From: Lama guanicoe
Lineage: Eukaryota
Direction: 5' to 3'
Assembly: GCA_013239625.1 (NCBI GenBank)
Contig: MU053482.1
Span: forward strand, 2,269,168 to 2,333,167
Length of the DNA: 64,000 nt
In this document: positions 63,591 through 64,000 of the stretch, one piece after another
Numbering within the stretch: position 1 is the stretch's first letter
How the letters are laid out: each line of letters begins with the position of its first letter
The notes under the pieces: model-generated
Database searches by the model: none
What the model was told of the DNA's origin: nothing
The model's input: only the letters and a program-made list of their open reading frames with translations
Program-made: the position numbers and the translations under genes

Positions 63591-63849
63591 TTTCCTAACA
63601 GATGAATACATCCCTTTCTCAACTGCACCTTATAGAAAACCTGGCTTATATTTCCCTAATACTGGAAAATCAAACATCAATACATCCAAAGCACATTTGT
63701 TGAGATGAAGAACATCCCCAAAATGGAAAAGGAAAAGCAACATGAAATCTAATTGTGGGCCTTCAGAAAAGAAGGAAAGATGGCTTTATGTTTATGGGCA
63801 ATATTAGAAACACTGGTACATGTTTTTCTACCTGAGCACAGCAAAATTC

Positions 63850-63914
63850 TGCAAGCTGCACTATTTACAATAGTGAAGCAAACTAAATGTCCAATGACAG
63901 ATGACTGGATAAAG

Positions 63915-63953
<39 letters not shown>

Positions 63954-64000
63954 GGAATATTATTCAGTCATAAAAAGAAGGAAATAATGCCATTTGCAGC
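63850..64000 (+). mobile_element. L1 3' fragment containing a (GT)n microsatellite (63916-63950)
   Basis: gcactatttacaatag...gatgactggataaag...aatggaatattattcagtcataaaaagaaggaaataatgccatttgcagc. Confidence 0.85.

Noticed and set aside
1-64000. A novel multi-gene system, CRISPR array, or prokaryotic/viral cassette
   Set aside because: All credible coding sequence is accounted for by three known mammalian genes in conserved order; the rest is intronic or intergenic DNA and common transposable elements.

Overview
Mammalian genomic DNA, almost certainly camelid (four Vic-1-type tRNA-derived SINEs). It is syntenic with human 11p15.4: DENND2B/ST5 (5' non-coding/intronic part, minus strand, about 1-43 kb, assigned by synteny only) - AKIP1 (+, complete, 5 coding exons, 206 aa) - C11orf16 (-, complete, 5 coding exons, 469 aa, one GC-AG intron, 3'UTR intron) - ASCL3 (-, single coding exon, 181 aa bHLH). 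There are two CpG-island promoters (about 23.1-23.8 kb and about 43.0-43.8 kb; the second is probably bidirectional DENND2B/AKIP1), many TEs (L1, MIR, MER58A, MER6, MLT1, two ERV1 solo LTRs) and three N gaps. I found no evidence of a wholly new biological system. The most notable observations are tail-to-tail AKIP1/C11orf16 poly(A) signals only 31 bp apart, a tandem Tudor-like repeat plus a Cys cluster in the uncharacterised C11orf16, an RFX/MYB-type C11orf16 promoter, and a TSD-flanked MER41-like LTR with a STAT-type motif inside C11orf16. Gene and repeat-family names come from recalled sequence similarity, not from database searches.
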